Source: Mytilus edulis (Eukaryota). Taken from it: a stretch of 64,000 bases of DNA. The stretch is taken from contig NC_092351.1 of NCBI RefSeq assembly GCF_963676685.1, positions 61,008,001 to 61,072,000 of the forward strand, in the 5' to 3' direction. Positions 36,101-49,085 of this stretch are shown here, piece after piece; position 1 is the stretch's first letter, and every line of letters begins with the position of its first letter. Made by a program: the position numbers and the translations under genes. Below the pieces are notes generated by a model, which was not told the origin of the DNA, searched no databases, and saw nothing but the letters and a program-made list of their open reading frames with translations.

Positions 36101-39100
36101 TATATACTGTGCACTGTTCTTTTTATCTACTTGAGATGAATGACCCCATGTGGTTAGCATCTTTATCTGTGGAATTATTGTTGACACAAGATAATTAATC
36201 CTTATTAAGATGTCACAGATTATATGTTAGAGAAGAATTATATACAAATCATTAAATTAATATAGTATATAACAAGAGGCTACGTTTTTCAAGTCCAGTC
36301 TTACATTATAGTCCCTCCTCGTGAAAAAGAAGGGGGAAGACGGCCCTGATCCCGAAGTCCCGGGCTTAAAAACATGAAATCCCTAGGTCCCGAATTTAAA
36401 AAAAAAAAAAAGACCCGACATCCCGAACTTCGGAAAGAGAATTCCCGGATCCCCAAAGCGTAAATCCCGAGCTTAAAAACACCCCGAAAAAGGTCCTGCC
36501 GCCCCTCAAAGAACCATTAAATTTCGAATAAAGCAAATCATTGTATTTATTTCTCGCGTAATGATAACACATAAGAATTCAGTGCTGATGAATTTTAATG
36601 CACTATATTTTCAAGAATTTTAGGGAGCACAGGCCCTTATAATCATCCAATACCCATACCCCCCACGGTTGGATCTGCCTATGCAAATATGCTTAATACT
36701 TCCCACAGTTTTAACCCTTAAACCTAACCGTTTTAAATCTAGAAATAACCACACTTTTTAAATCTAGCAATAGATAATTTCTAAGTGAAGAGGAAGTCCC
36801 AAATAAATTTGCCGAGGGGAGGAAAGAGGAACATATTATTTTATGCGTAAAACTATTTTCACCTTTAAGGGTGCACACGCCCATATGTATATACATGTAC
36901 CTTCACAACCACCTGGTAACTGTTCTTTTAAATGAAGTAACAAGAATCGCAATGATATGTAAATTGCAACTTACCTCATTGAAAATACGTTGGTGAACAA
37001 GGAGTTCACAAAAACCCAATACATATCGATTTTTATTTTCCCGCCAACAATTATCTGCTTGCAAGTACAAAATAGGCGGTAACTTGTTACCCTACAAGGA
37101 CAATAATCATAAAATTACTTCAGTATCGTATCTTACCATGTTTTACCTTATGGACATAGTTTTATAATAAACTTCTTATAATTACTCGTAGTAATCCGTA
37201 AATAGCTCCCTAATAATTCATTTCAACTGTCAAAATTGTCGCAAAAAATGACAAAATCGTAAGGGTTTGTAAATGTGTGTGATGCTTAAGGACTCGTTAG
37301 ATAAATCCGTGGATGTGAAGCGGTGCAGGATACCAGGGATTGTTCATAGATTAACTCGAACCATATACAAAGTCAACTGGGATCAGCCTATTCAGACAAA
37401 GAGAGTTTCTACTTTATAAATGATTAAACGAGATTCTATGAAGAAGGCAATTGGGACCGTTAATGAAAATGCAGTGAGATTATAAAATGATAATCATAAA
37501 GAAATAAAAAAAAAGAATTCAATTTATGGAAAAATCAAGTTTGTTTAAAGAATTAATGAAGATTGTATTCAAAATATTGAATCGCCATCATGATGGAGTA
37601 GAATTACGGATTTACATAAAACTTTTTGGGGGCACATTAACCCGTTTTCAAAGGCAACAAGTTACAATAGCTATTTTTATGCCCCACCTACGATAGTAGA
37701 GGGGCATAATGTTTTCTGGTCTGTGGGTCCGTAAGTCCGTCCGTACGTCTGTTCGTTTGTTCGTGTACTTTGGGCACATTCTTGTTAAATATAACAGGGA
37801 TTACGTTAAATATAACAATAAACCATTCTAAAAGCACAAAACTCTGTCATTCAAATTATATGGCTAATCGGGCGAACTTATTTGTTTTGGGTGTATAGAT
37901 TAATTAGTTTCAACAAATTAAAAAGATATGTAGAAATGTGGACCACAGTAAAACTCGGGGACCAATTCACTACTTAATTGATATGGGTCTGTTATCTTAT
38001 CCTTTACATATACTTTCGATTCAAAAAATATATTACTTTTCATATATTGCCTAGGATAAATTCAACTTTTTATTCTTATGATTTTGTGTGATGTCTTCAT
38101 AGGAGTTCAAATCTAAGAATCAGAGATTCCTTGTGTCATGTTGACGTACGGCGAGACTGTTTGCTGTGAAAAAATACAGGGCGTGTCATATAACAAGTAA
38201 TTGGAACTCTTTTCATCTTATTTCCGATTGTTTTCCAATATATTCTTCAAGCTGGAAATGTGACCAATTCAAGCTGAACGCCCTATCACTTGTATACAAC
38301 CAAGGATGTTGGCATTCGAGGAATAAACCAGTATAGGGAGTGCTCATCACCACCCTTACCCCACCCGAAGTCATACATGTATTGACTGATCATACGTTTA
38401 AATTGTGAAGTGTTTTACTTACCATAAGTTTTGAAATCTGGTGAAGAATTAGCATAAGGATATTCATGGTCAGATTAGAGTCGTGCGCATATTGGTTCCA
38501 GTCGAGAAAGGTGAAAAATTTGTTTTGTCCATGAGCTAAAACTCCGGTGACATGTGTCGTTAGTTGGTCAACTTTATTCACAGCCTGCAATAAAACGTGT
38601 CAATAAGACAACCACATATATGGACCAAAGTAAAAGATATATAAATTCGTTTTAAATTAAATATTTTACTATCCTAAAGAAATATAATAAAACAATGATT
38701 TACAAGGCATACTATAAAGAGGAAGTCTGTAACAAACTGACAATATCAAACGATGTTTACGGAACAAGTTACTGCCATATTCCTGCATTTTTGTAGCTTG
38801 GTACATGAATTTTAATGAGAAAAAAAAATGTACACGTATGAATGTATGGATATGTCATTTAATTTACAGTTGTGGCGTCAATTCGCGAATAATTCCTCTC
38901 AAATTGCCGTCTAAAAACTTGCAATGAGATAAAAGCTAAAGTATGTTAAATTAATTGTACATAAAAAAATCGCTCTAAATGGATAGATTGATTTATTGTT
39001 TGTTGCTCAACCTGTATTGCTCTTTAAAAGAAAACGTATGGTAAAAGATACAAAATAAAATCTGCATAATTCCAAAGTTCCACATCAAACTCTATAATCG

Positions 39101-42100
39101 AAAGAAAAACTATGATGTTCGTATATTTCCGAAGAGGGAATTTTCTGTTATATAAAATACCTAACTTACCTTTGCCATTCGACCAACAAAATGAGGAAGA
39201 TTCGTTTTTGCTACAATGAAAACAAAACTTAAAGTTCATTATATTTCAGTCATCAAAGTTTGTTTTAATAGAATAACATCACACTTCCCATTTGAAATTA
39301 AAAAAATGCGAAAAAATAATTCCTTATTCGGTTCATTAGTTTAAATAAAATAGAAAAGATTTTAACTTCAATGTTTTTTTCTGTTCCTTCCAGATCTTAT
39401 TGGTTTTGCCTTTAAAGTAATCAGATGCTCAAAGGCAATTAGAAATTGGCAAACTGAGTCAATAGTATATCGACTTATATAAAACTGACGCAATGTTAAC
39501 TGACTTTTACAAAAATGACCGACCATTTATCTTACGGTCGACCCATTTTTCTCTAAAAAGTCCAAATATTTATCCGTAGATCATAACTTACACTGATCCA
39601 TTCCATCTATAATTAAGCTTAGATATTGTGATGGGGATGTCTTTGCAGCATTTTTCTTTGTGTAATAGTACTTTCTTTCCAACCTGCAAAAATAGATATT
39701 AAACATATTAAAATATTAGTTTGCTGTTCCGCTTGTGTCTAGCAAGCAAAGTCCACAAATACAACCCGATAAATTGATTGTCAGATTTTTATTTTATTTG
39801 TATTGTTAAATATCAGCTGCTTGATACAATATGGAGCGTTTTGAATTCGTTCGCTGCGCTCACTCGACAAAAAACTTCATATCGTGACCTGCAGCTTACA
39901 ATAAATATGCAGACACCGTCACTGTTACACACAAACCTACACAACAGAACACTATCGATAAATGTTATTGGCTGTAGCTATAGTTAATTTATATTCTTCT
40001 ATGTGTAGTCTAAAGTGCCGCATGTGTAGCAGGATCTGCTTACCCTTCCGGAGCACATGAGATCACCCCTAGTTTTTGGTGGGGTTCGTGTTGTTTATTC
40101 TTTAGTTTTCTATGTTGTGTCATGTGTACTATTGTTTTTCTGTTTGTCTTTTTCATTTTTAGCCATGGTGTTGTCAGTTTGTTTTGGATTTACGAGTTTG
40201 ACTGTCCCTTTGGTGTCTTTCTTCCCTTTTTTATAACTTAAGTTGGATTTCATATTTATTAATTGCATATTTACATACATCTGTCTGCTATTGTGTTCTC
40301 TTCGTTCAGCTCGCAATTTTTCTCTCATCACTGGATCATGCGTGGTCTCTATCTGTCGTTCCAAACTTGTACATACTGTGCATTTCGAAAAGGAATTGGT
40401 CTGAAAGTGTAAATACAATTACATACACATAGCATATACTGACAAATGTTTGAGCTACATTCCAAATACTAATTTGTAACTATTTTAGTTGCAGTCTCAC
40501 ATCTACATATACGTAAGAAGTCTAAATTTATAAGTTAAATCCACAGTAAACGTTTTGCAAATAATCAAATCAGTGGCGGATCCAAAAAAATTATAAGTGG
40601 GGACCCACTGACTGCCCAAGAAGGGGCCAGCTCTGGTCATGATTCAGTGATTCCCTATATAACCAACCAAAGTTTCCAAGAAAAGGGGGCCGCCTAAATT
40701 CGCCTCTGCATATACAATTATTATAGTGAAATTGGTTAATATTAAACTGTCCAAAATATGTCCTGGTTTACAGCATCACCTTTGTTTCGTAATGTACTTA
40801 ATATAATGGAATAATATTATTAGTACCATTTTTATAACGCAAAGGAACGTACGCGTTTCAGACCTTATTTTTATTTTAATATATAAGTTTTAACTTGATT
40901 TTTTAAAGATATGGCCTAACTTGATTTAATTTATACCTTTTTGACTTTAAGATTGGGTAAATATTTTTTCCACATTCCGTAGAAGGCTGATGGCATTAAA
41001 AATTCTTCTGATCTTTCCTTCATATCTTCTTTATATCTTAAATAAATCATGCACTGTCGTGTCCGATAAGGTAGTAATAGTGTATTACAGTCGGGCATCC
41101 TGTCAACGTAATATGTAGCGTATTCCTCCAGCCAATTTATAGCTTGGAGTGATTTTATGCTGGCACAGTAGTGTCTCTCCGATACAGAAAAACGTGCTCC
41201 TCCTATGAACTTTTTTCGATTAGAGTAATAGAAATTTTTGTGAATTCCAAGCATTCTCATCAATGCCTTTGGACAAACTACATGTCCGTTCTGTATACGG
41301 AAGTATGGTGTATACTCCATATTAGTTTCAGAGAACTTTTTTAATAACCACTGGTTGCGACCATTTATTGTCTTTGACCAGAATTCTAATCGCATGTTTT
41401 TAACCTCCACGAAAGAGAATTTCTTCGTACAAACTTTACTACAACAGCGTCTACATGACTTTAAATCCTTCTGAATACTTGCTACTTTTGTATGACGAGC
41501 AAGGAGACGACTTCTCTCTGGATCTACAAAAATGTGATATGATAGTTTTGTTAATAAACTAAAACACTAATTTTTTTTATTTTTATTTTTTCTCTTTGCT
41601 TTTTTTCCCGCTTTTCTTATAGCTATACGATAATTGGATCATTAAATGTAATCAATTAATCTTATGTACATGTATTTGAACATGCAATTGACCGTACTAA
41701 GTGTTTCAACCACATGTGATTTAATCAACTGACAAAAGAAAAGATTAACGAACAACATTTAACATATGAATTGATAAAGAACAATTGACCTTCACAAAAT
41801 ATCTGTATGAATCTTTAGGACCATCAATCAACGTTAGCAATAATGGGCACTCATTGAAACATGATTCTCAAATCATGTCAGATTTTAATAGCTAGGCTGC
41901 TCTTCTTTTAAAACACGAAAACAATACGCAATAAATTAAATGCGTTAGGTGCATTTTTCTAGATTAACACCCAACAAGAACTCACAAAGCCCTGATGTAT
42001 AAAAACGATACAGTTGAATAGCTATTTTATAAAAAATCACTAAAAAATAATAGCCAAAGTCCTTCAAACGCCAACTTTGCCGAAGGTAGTTTTAAACGTT

Positions 42101-45100
42101 TCTAATTACGGTAGTAAACACTAAATTTTGTTAAGGAAATTCACAACCATTTAATGTACCGGTACTGAAACAAGTGTGTTATCTTTTGACGAGCAAAGGC
42201 AGGTCGTATTTCTCTTTATATTACTTTCCAACTTATCGATAGAGAGTTGTCTCATTGACACTCATACCACATCAAGTTCCTTTATCTATTATGATAACAA
42301 ACAAAAAAAAACACTTACGTGATTGCGATTCAAGCAATGGTTTTGTTTCTTCTTGGGGAAATGTAGCTCTAACATCATGATACATTTCTGCCATACCAAT
42401 TGATGCATCTGAATACACTGAAACATTTTCATTTATATTGCTTGCTGAGCGAGAACTAGCAAGATATGACATTCCTTCAAAACCAGAAGATAGTGACAGT
42501 ATTTCGGTTGATGCTAGATGAAGTGTTTCCGTATCTTCTTCGTTGAATTCATAAGGCGACGAAGGGCAAATATTGCTTCTCAGTTTTGTGCTAATTTCTG
42601 AACCCATATAACAAGAACTTTCATGTTCACTGCTGGAAATTCCGAAAGCTGGTTCTAACTCGATTAAAGTTGCAGTTACGGAATAATCAAACAGTCCAAA
42701 GTCATAATTATCATCTGATATGTCTCCGACCTTACTGATCACTGGTATTTTTCTGGGTGTACTGGTCATTAAAGCTTTGTTTGGCGATTTTAATGTTGTG
42801 TCATAATTTACTGCATCCTCTTCAAATGACTCTAATGTTTTTGTTTCTAGAATTAACGACAGGCTGGATTCAGCAGTCTTGCTTAAGTCTTCAAAACAAT
42901 ATGAATCAGACTGTCCAAGATTATGTATAACAGAATGTCCAAGATTATACGAATCCCCTAAATTATGTGGCTCCGACAATGAATCTCCTAAATTTACCCC
43001 GTGATTTTCGGTATAATTTAAACACACTACTGAGTTTTCCGCTGATTCTAAAAAATGAGAACCACCAAGATTACTTGAATTTACAAATGTATATTCATCA
43101 GTAGCGCTCGATGCATCAGCGAAAACAGTCACATCATTCAAAATTGATTCAACAGGTAGGATAATTTCCGGCACCTGAATGGAGAATGTCAATATCCGTC
43201 TCTGAAATAAACAATCGATTATTATGAGCATAAACTGTTAAAAGTGACAATGGATATTTGTAGTCGTATTTTATTCGCTGAACTCCGGCAGTTTTTGTTG
43301 TGTTACTGTGTTCATGTTACCCACGATCTCTTTTTACTCGTATATATATTCATACGGTAAAAAATCAGAAAGCTGATGAATATATAAAAAAGAAGATGTG
43401 GTATGATTGCCAATGAGACAACTATCCACAAAAGACCAAAATGACACAAATATTAACAACTATAGGTCACCGTTCGGCCTTCAACAATGATCAAAGCTCA
43501 TACCGCATACTCAGCTATAAAAGGCCCCGATAAGACAATTTAAAACAATTCAAACGAGAATACTAACGGCATTATTTATGTAAAAATGATGAAGCCTTGA
43601 AACGTATGAATATTGAAAAGACTAAGGGATAATATATAGACCCTTCTACAACGAAATTTGTTTGACATGCACACGTATAAAAATTGCGGTTTTTATCCAA
43701 CGCAATCATAGGTTTGAACGTAGTTTTCAATTTAGACTCGTATATATATATATATACAACTCGTCTAAACATCAACCCATATATATATATACTGCATACA
43801 TATAGTGTAAACGTTTTGAAACTGTATTGCTTGACATTTTTTTACTATTGATAGTTTTGAATTCTTTACGTTTTACTTTTACGTAAGTGCGTGTAGTAAA
43901 AAAAGGGAGGGGTTGTTCCTCGACGCAACAATGTATCAATCAAAATTGATCTTCTTCAATATTTAAAATAATATAAGCTATGAGAAAAATCAGATGGATT
44001 TAAATTAATTTTTGTTGTTATCTTCACCCAAAAAAAAAATCCATCAAATTTGGGATCAGCATATATTTTTAAGGAAAAAAAAATCACAATTCCCTCCCCT
44101 TTGAAGTTTAATGGTCGTTCTCTAATTTTGGTGCTATTTTCACATTTCTTGATCGGTGTGAGAAAAATATTTCTCTAATGTGTGTGCTATGTTCACATTT
44201 CCTGACCGGTGTGAGATAACTCAAATAATGCAAGTTCTTTCCGTGTCCGGTTGTCTCCTACACGAGGTTAATGTAGCCTTCGTAGATCAGCGGAATAAAA
44301 CGACTGAATTATTCGGGTAAGGTGCGTGTGAGAGAAAATATTTCTCCTCACTATTTAAAAATCTGTTCTCGGCAACTGATTGGTTGAAATTTAATTGTGA
44401 CGTTAAATTTTCTTGGTTTTCTTCTTAATTTAACATACAACATTCAATTGAAAGTGTTATTTAAGTCTCATCCCTCAACAAATACATGTAAATACATTGT
44501 ATAAACTTGAACTAACACAAATAAAATGAGAGCCATTATAAGAGACTATTAAAATGCATATATATAAGTCACTAAAGAATATGAAATAAAATACTATTTA
44601 CACATGTACAAACGTGCTGGAATAAACAAAACAAGAACACAAAGTAACTGTAGGTCTGTATAAATTACCTATTTTTTTTATTTTTTTTTTATTTAGAGTT
44701 GTCGTCTTGCTTTATTCATACAATATTATATAGGCTTATTAAACAGTTGTTACAGTAGCTAAAACAAATAGCAAAGAAACAATCACCACTGCTTCAGACT
44801 TAATCCCACTGAATGTGTGGATCGTAGCTTTTAAGTTATGCAATGTCCGGATAAAATGTTACAGAAGCTGCGCCCCGTGGTGAAAATTGCCGTAAAAGTA
44901 ATGTATGTATACTAAGTATTCCGATCTATAACGAAAAATCTTACTCGCGATCAAATCATCAAAGCAAGAAAACACTTACATGTAATGCGATTAGATCTCC
45001 AATTATACATGTAACGTTTAGGAGGATTAATACGTTACTATTAACAAGATTATATTAAAGTCTGTTTTGTGAAAAAAATCATAACTCGATAAACTTGTCT

Positions 45101-46170
45101 AAGTGTTTTTTTTATTAGATGTCCGCTGCTGACCCCATACTTTTAAAATGTATCATTTGATATCAGTCCCGTGACTAAAAACAAGTTCAGCTTATTTTAA
45201 AATATACAGTGCTAGGTTATTTTACTGTCACAGAATTTAATACGATGGTCGTAGGAAATTGTATATGGCACGTCGAAAATAGGATAGGAAGGTACAAACA
45301 TGTGCAGTTTCCAGGAGAGAAATTTTGTATATATATAAAAAAAAAAAGGAAACATTTTAGTCTTGCTACCCACGTCTAACTAGCAAATCGATGTTTATCC
45401 TCAAAAATACCAGATTAACCTTTCTCTTATCTGATTTATTAGGTTAATAAGATCCACCAATTTTCCCTGATCTTAATGTTAAAGCATACCCAAAGAAAAG
45501 TCATATATATGATCGATCTGCATTTGATATGTTAAATTCTTTTAAAAAGGAGTGAAAGATATAATCACAACAATAAATGTAATAAAAGAAAAACGATATG
45601 ATTACAAAAGGCAATTCTCTGCAAGAGACCAAATTACACAGACATTTACCGCTATATGTCACCATACGGCCTTCAACAAGACACAAACGAGAAAACTAAC
45701 GGCGTAATGTATGAACAAAATAAGGATAGAAAAAAATAATATGTTAATAAACTCACATAAATAATAAAACAGCAACAAACGACAACATTACCACTGAATT
45801 CCAGGCTCATGAATAGGGACAGGCACATTTAGAATGTGTCCGAACCAGGTATATAAGCGAACGCCTTAAACCCCCCTTTTTCTGTCCAGTATATATTCGG
45901 TTTAAAAAAAACGCCAATAACTACCCAAATGTATCTTGAAGTCTTTGATCATGAATATTTAAAACGTTTTCATTGTAAAAATATGTGTGAACCTCTATAT
46001 TTTAATATATTTTTTTTTATTTTTTTTTTTTAAAATATGAATATTTCAAATTGACTTACCTCTGACACTGGGTTGCAGTTCTCTCTTATATTCGTCTTGA
46101 CACCATTCAAAGTTTGAACAGATAACAACACGTTTAAACACAGAGCCGATAAAAAAATACAGTAGTCCAT
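33145..46170 (-). CDS. DDD/E transposase, Sola-like/DUF7869-type, ~1035 aa, 11 exons (first exon and last-exon extent uncertain)
   Basis: Exons 46060-46170, 42319-43174, 40937-41523, 40279-40400, 39592-39683, 39170-39210, 38423-38584, 36975-37091, 34251-34907, 33621-33681, 33145-33446; GT-AG, phase-consistent, no stops. Motifs CRRCCSKVC, KCTVC..H, LIIDGMDQ, LYLQADNCWRENKN, FLPVGHTHEDVDAAFS, and a basic NLS-like C-terminus. Confidence 0.85.
37677..37785 (+). mobile_element. Short internally deleted HINE-like element in a transposase intron
   Basis: Same 5' (tatgccccacctacgatagtagaggggca) and 3' (gtgtactttg..cacattcttgt) ends as 47278-47796. Confidence 0.7.
40016..40232 (+). repeat. Retroelement-tail (SINE-like) repeat in a transposase intron
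   Basis: Near-identical to 9579-9796. Confidence 0.8.
43385..43580. repeat. SINE-like repeat in transposase intron 1
   Basis: Inverted match to 12945-13075 (tataggtcaccgttcggccttcaacaatg). Confidence 0.65.
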
Positions 46171-46353
46171 TATGTTCTAGTTGAAAAGTAAGAAACACAT
46201 GGTTTAAAAATATACATGTAAAAAATGCGCACGTGTCTAGCAGGCGTGGCTTCGCAATGCGATTAAATATAACCAGTGGTGAGACATTGTAAATGTAGCA
46301 GTCCACTAATTTTTTTTCTAAATCGAGATCAAACGTTTATATATTACGCAATA
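46171..46353. promoter_or_regulatory. Putative bidirectional promoter between head-to-head genes
   Basis: 183 bp between the predicted ATGs (46170 on -, 46354 on +); contains CACGTG (46230) and the palindrome TCGCA-A-TGCGA (46252). Confidence 0.5.
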
Positions 46354-49054
46354 ATGTCGGGTTCAGAGAAATGGAAATTCGTAATCGAAAACGGAAGACT
46401 TTGTGTAGAGGAAAATGGTAGATATTTTGAGGACATCGACAATGTTGGAACAACAAGAGACTTTGGAATTATCAAGGTGACTATCTTGACTGTATTGAAT
46501 GACATCTTCAAATGTTAGGGCAAGTACATTTAGATTTTGAATTCCTTGACATCATGTCAGTGTTTCAAACAAAATCATTGATTGATCATGTACATCTCTC
46601 TATACAAATATCTCCACTCTTGTTTTCAAAATGAAGTATACTTTTATAAATGTTAATCCATCAATAAGCTGCATATTCTTATTACATTTACCCTTGTGAA
46701 GTACCAACTGTTCATTTTAATGTGGAACGGTCATACAAATCACATTTATTTTATTCTTAGACTAGACTTAACACAATATCGATCAATACATGTATATTAG
46801 TTTTCGTCAATACAGAAATACGAATGTTGGCTTCATGTTCAATGCTTGTCAACGTTCACAAAACACATGATGTTTTCTTATAATTTAAGGTTACATATGA
46901 ATCTGGAAAAGCGAAAATGTATAGTTTGAAAAACTTATGCGAAGGTCTTGGTTTTGGGCCAGCTGTCAAGACTCGTTCAGGTTTTATGAAAATATGGGAC
47001 TCATTGAAAGGTGAGAAATGTATTTAAAATTTGTGTGTTGTTCTTGTATCATGAGTATATAGTATATGTATGGATATTGGCTTCTCTTGCATTCGTCACA
47101 ACTCGGCCGAATCCGTACCTCCATCTAAAGATAGAAGGAGAGTAGCGGCGACTCCGAGGATTGCCAACTGCTACTCTTGATTTTGACCTTTTGTCAGATA
47201 TTCGGAATCCTCTACTTTTCTCCATGTAGTACCAATGAAAAAAAAAACTACCAACCCTTACTTTTTAATTCATATTGTTATGCCCCACCTACGATAGTAG
47301 AGGGGCAATATGTTTTCTGGTCTGTGCGTCCGTTCGTCCGTCTGTCTGTTCGTTCGTCCGTTTGTCTGTTCGTTCGTCCGTCTGTCTGTCCGTTCGTTCG
47401 TCCTTCTATTCGTCCGTCTGTCCCGCTTCAGGTTTCAGTTTTTGGTTAAGGTAGTTTTTGATGAAGTTGAAGTCCAATCAACTTGAAACTTAGAACACAT
47501 GTTCCTTATGATATGATCTTTTTAATTTTTAAACCAAATTAAACTTTTGACCCCAATTTTACGGTCCATTGAACATAAAAAATGAAGGTGCATGTTTCAG
47601 GTTAAAGTTTTTGGTCAAGGTAGTTTTTGATGAAGTTGAAGTCCAATCAACTTGAAACTTAGTACACATGTTCCTTATCATATCATCTTTCTAATTTTAA
47701 TGCCTAATTATATTTTTTATTCAATTTCATGGTCCATTGAACATGGAAAATGATAGTGCCGAGTGGGGCATCCGTGTACTTTGGACACATTCTTGTAATT
47801 ACATATAGTTAAACTAGTCATTCATTAAAATCTAATACAATTCTTGTTATTTTTTCAAAGTGTTTGAAAGAAAAAAGGTACCAAAATTTTAAATGTGTGA
47901 GCATTCTAAGAGAGAATCATTTCCCGCCAAATTTTCAATTGATTATATTTTAAAAAACAAAGTCGCGGACCTATTATTTTTTCCTGCTTTTTAGCCTATG
48001 TTCAGTTATTTATATAATATCAATATATACCAGTTGATTAAAAAGCTAGTTATTATCAAAAAGAGAAGCTAACATCCTTAATCGAACGAAGGCTTAAGTT
48101 TTTGTCGTATATATTTTAAACATTGACTTTGTTGCGATGCCAAGAGGATGAAATTGTTTTTAGAAAATGACTACCATGAACAAACATTGATAATAGCTTA
48201 TTTCCATGACTAGTAATCCTCGCTCAATACTCCACTGGACCTGATACGGCACCCAATAGTACTTGTGGTTAAAAATTTGATTTTATTCAACAAATTAATT
48301 AATGAACTGCTGGTACGTGACCAAATGGTCAATGTTAATCATCCGTATGATTGCTCTATGGAATGTTTGCAAAGCTTCAACGGAGGCACTTTCTTGGCTA
48401 GATAATATCAATGAACTTGTATTGGTATATTCGTTAAGTGTTTGTATGTGTTTTATTTCGTGATAGGAGGGGTAAAGAAAAAGGCAAAAGGGGTGGGTTA
48501 TTGGTTGTCTTTGCCTACTGCAATGTACTAGTAGTGTGCGTGTGAGTGCTTTTCTATGTTTACTTGTCCAATTCGAATTGTCTTTTTTTTACTGAAGAAT
48601 ATAACTGTAGCAAACAAGTTTTAACTACAATATGTACATAACTTTTACAGCAAACGTAGATAATTATCAGCTACAGACATCTTCAACAGATAACATCGAT
48701 CAGTCGAAGAACCAAGTTAATATGAATATTTCAGGTAGATGTGATTCTTTTAATACATATTTGATATTTACACACGCTTTCGTGAAAACAAGTTACTAAA
48801 AATATAAACTAATCCGTAAATATGAGAAAAAAAAAACAGATTGAAAAACTCTTACCATAACCAATAATATTAATTCATATTTTATGAATAAAAGAAGTTA
48901 TAGTATACTAGTATGCGAGATGACAAATAACGATTCTATAGAGGTCCTATTATCGCCGTATTACATTTGCGAATATTTTGTTTTTAAATTGCATCTTCAC
49001 TTTTCCGCACAGACCCCTTTTGGATCAGCCACTGAAATACAATGTTCAAAAATG

Positions 49055-49085
<31 letters not shown>

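Noticed and set aside
48318-48331. TGACCA-AA-TGGTCA palindrome as another parS-like site
   Set aside because: Half-sites are in the opposite orientation with different spacing; single intronic occurrence.
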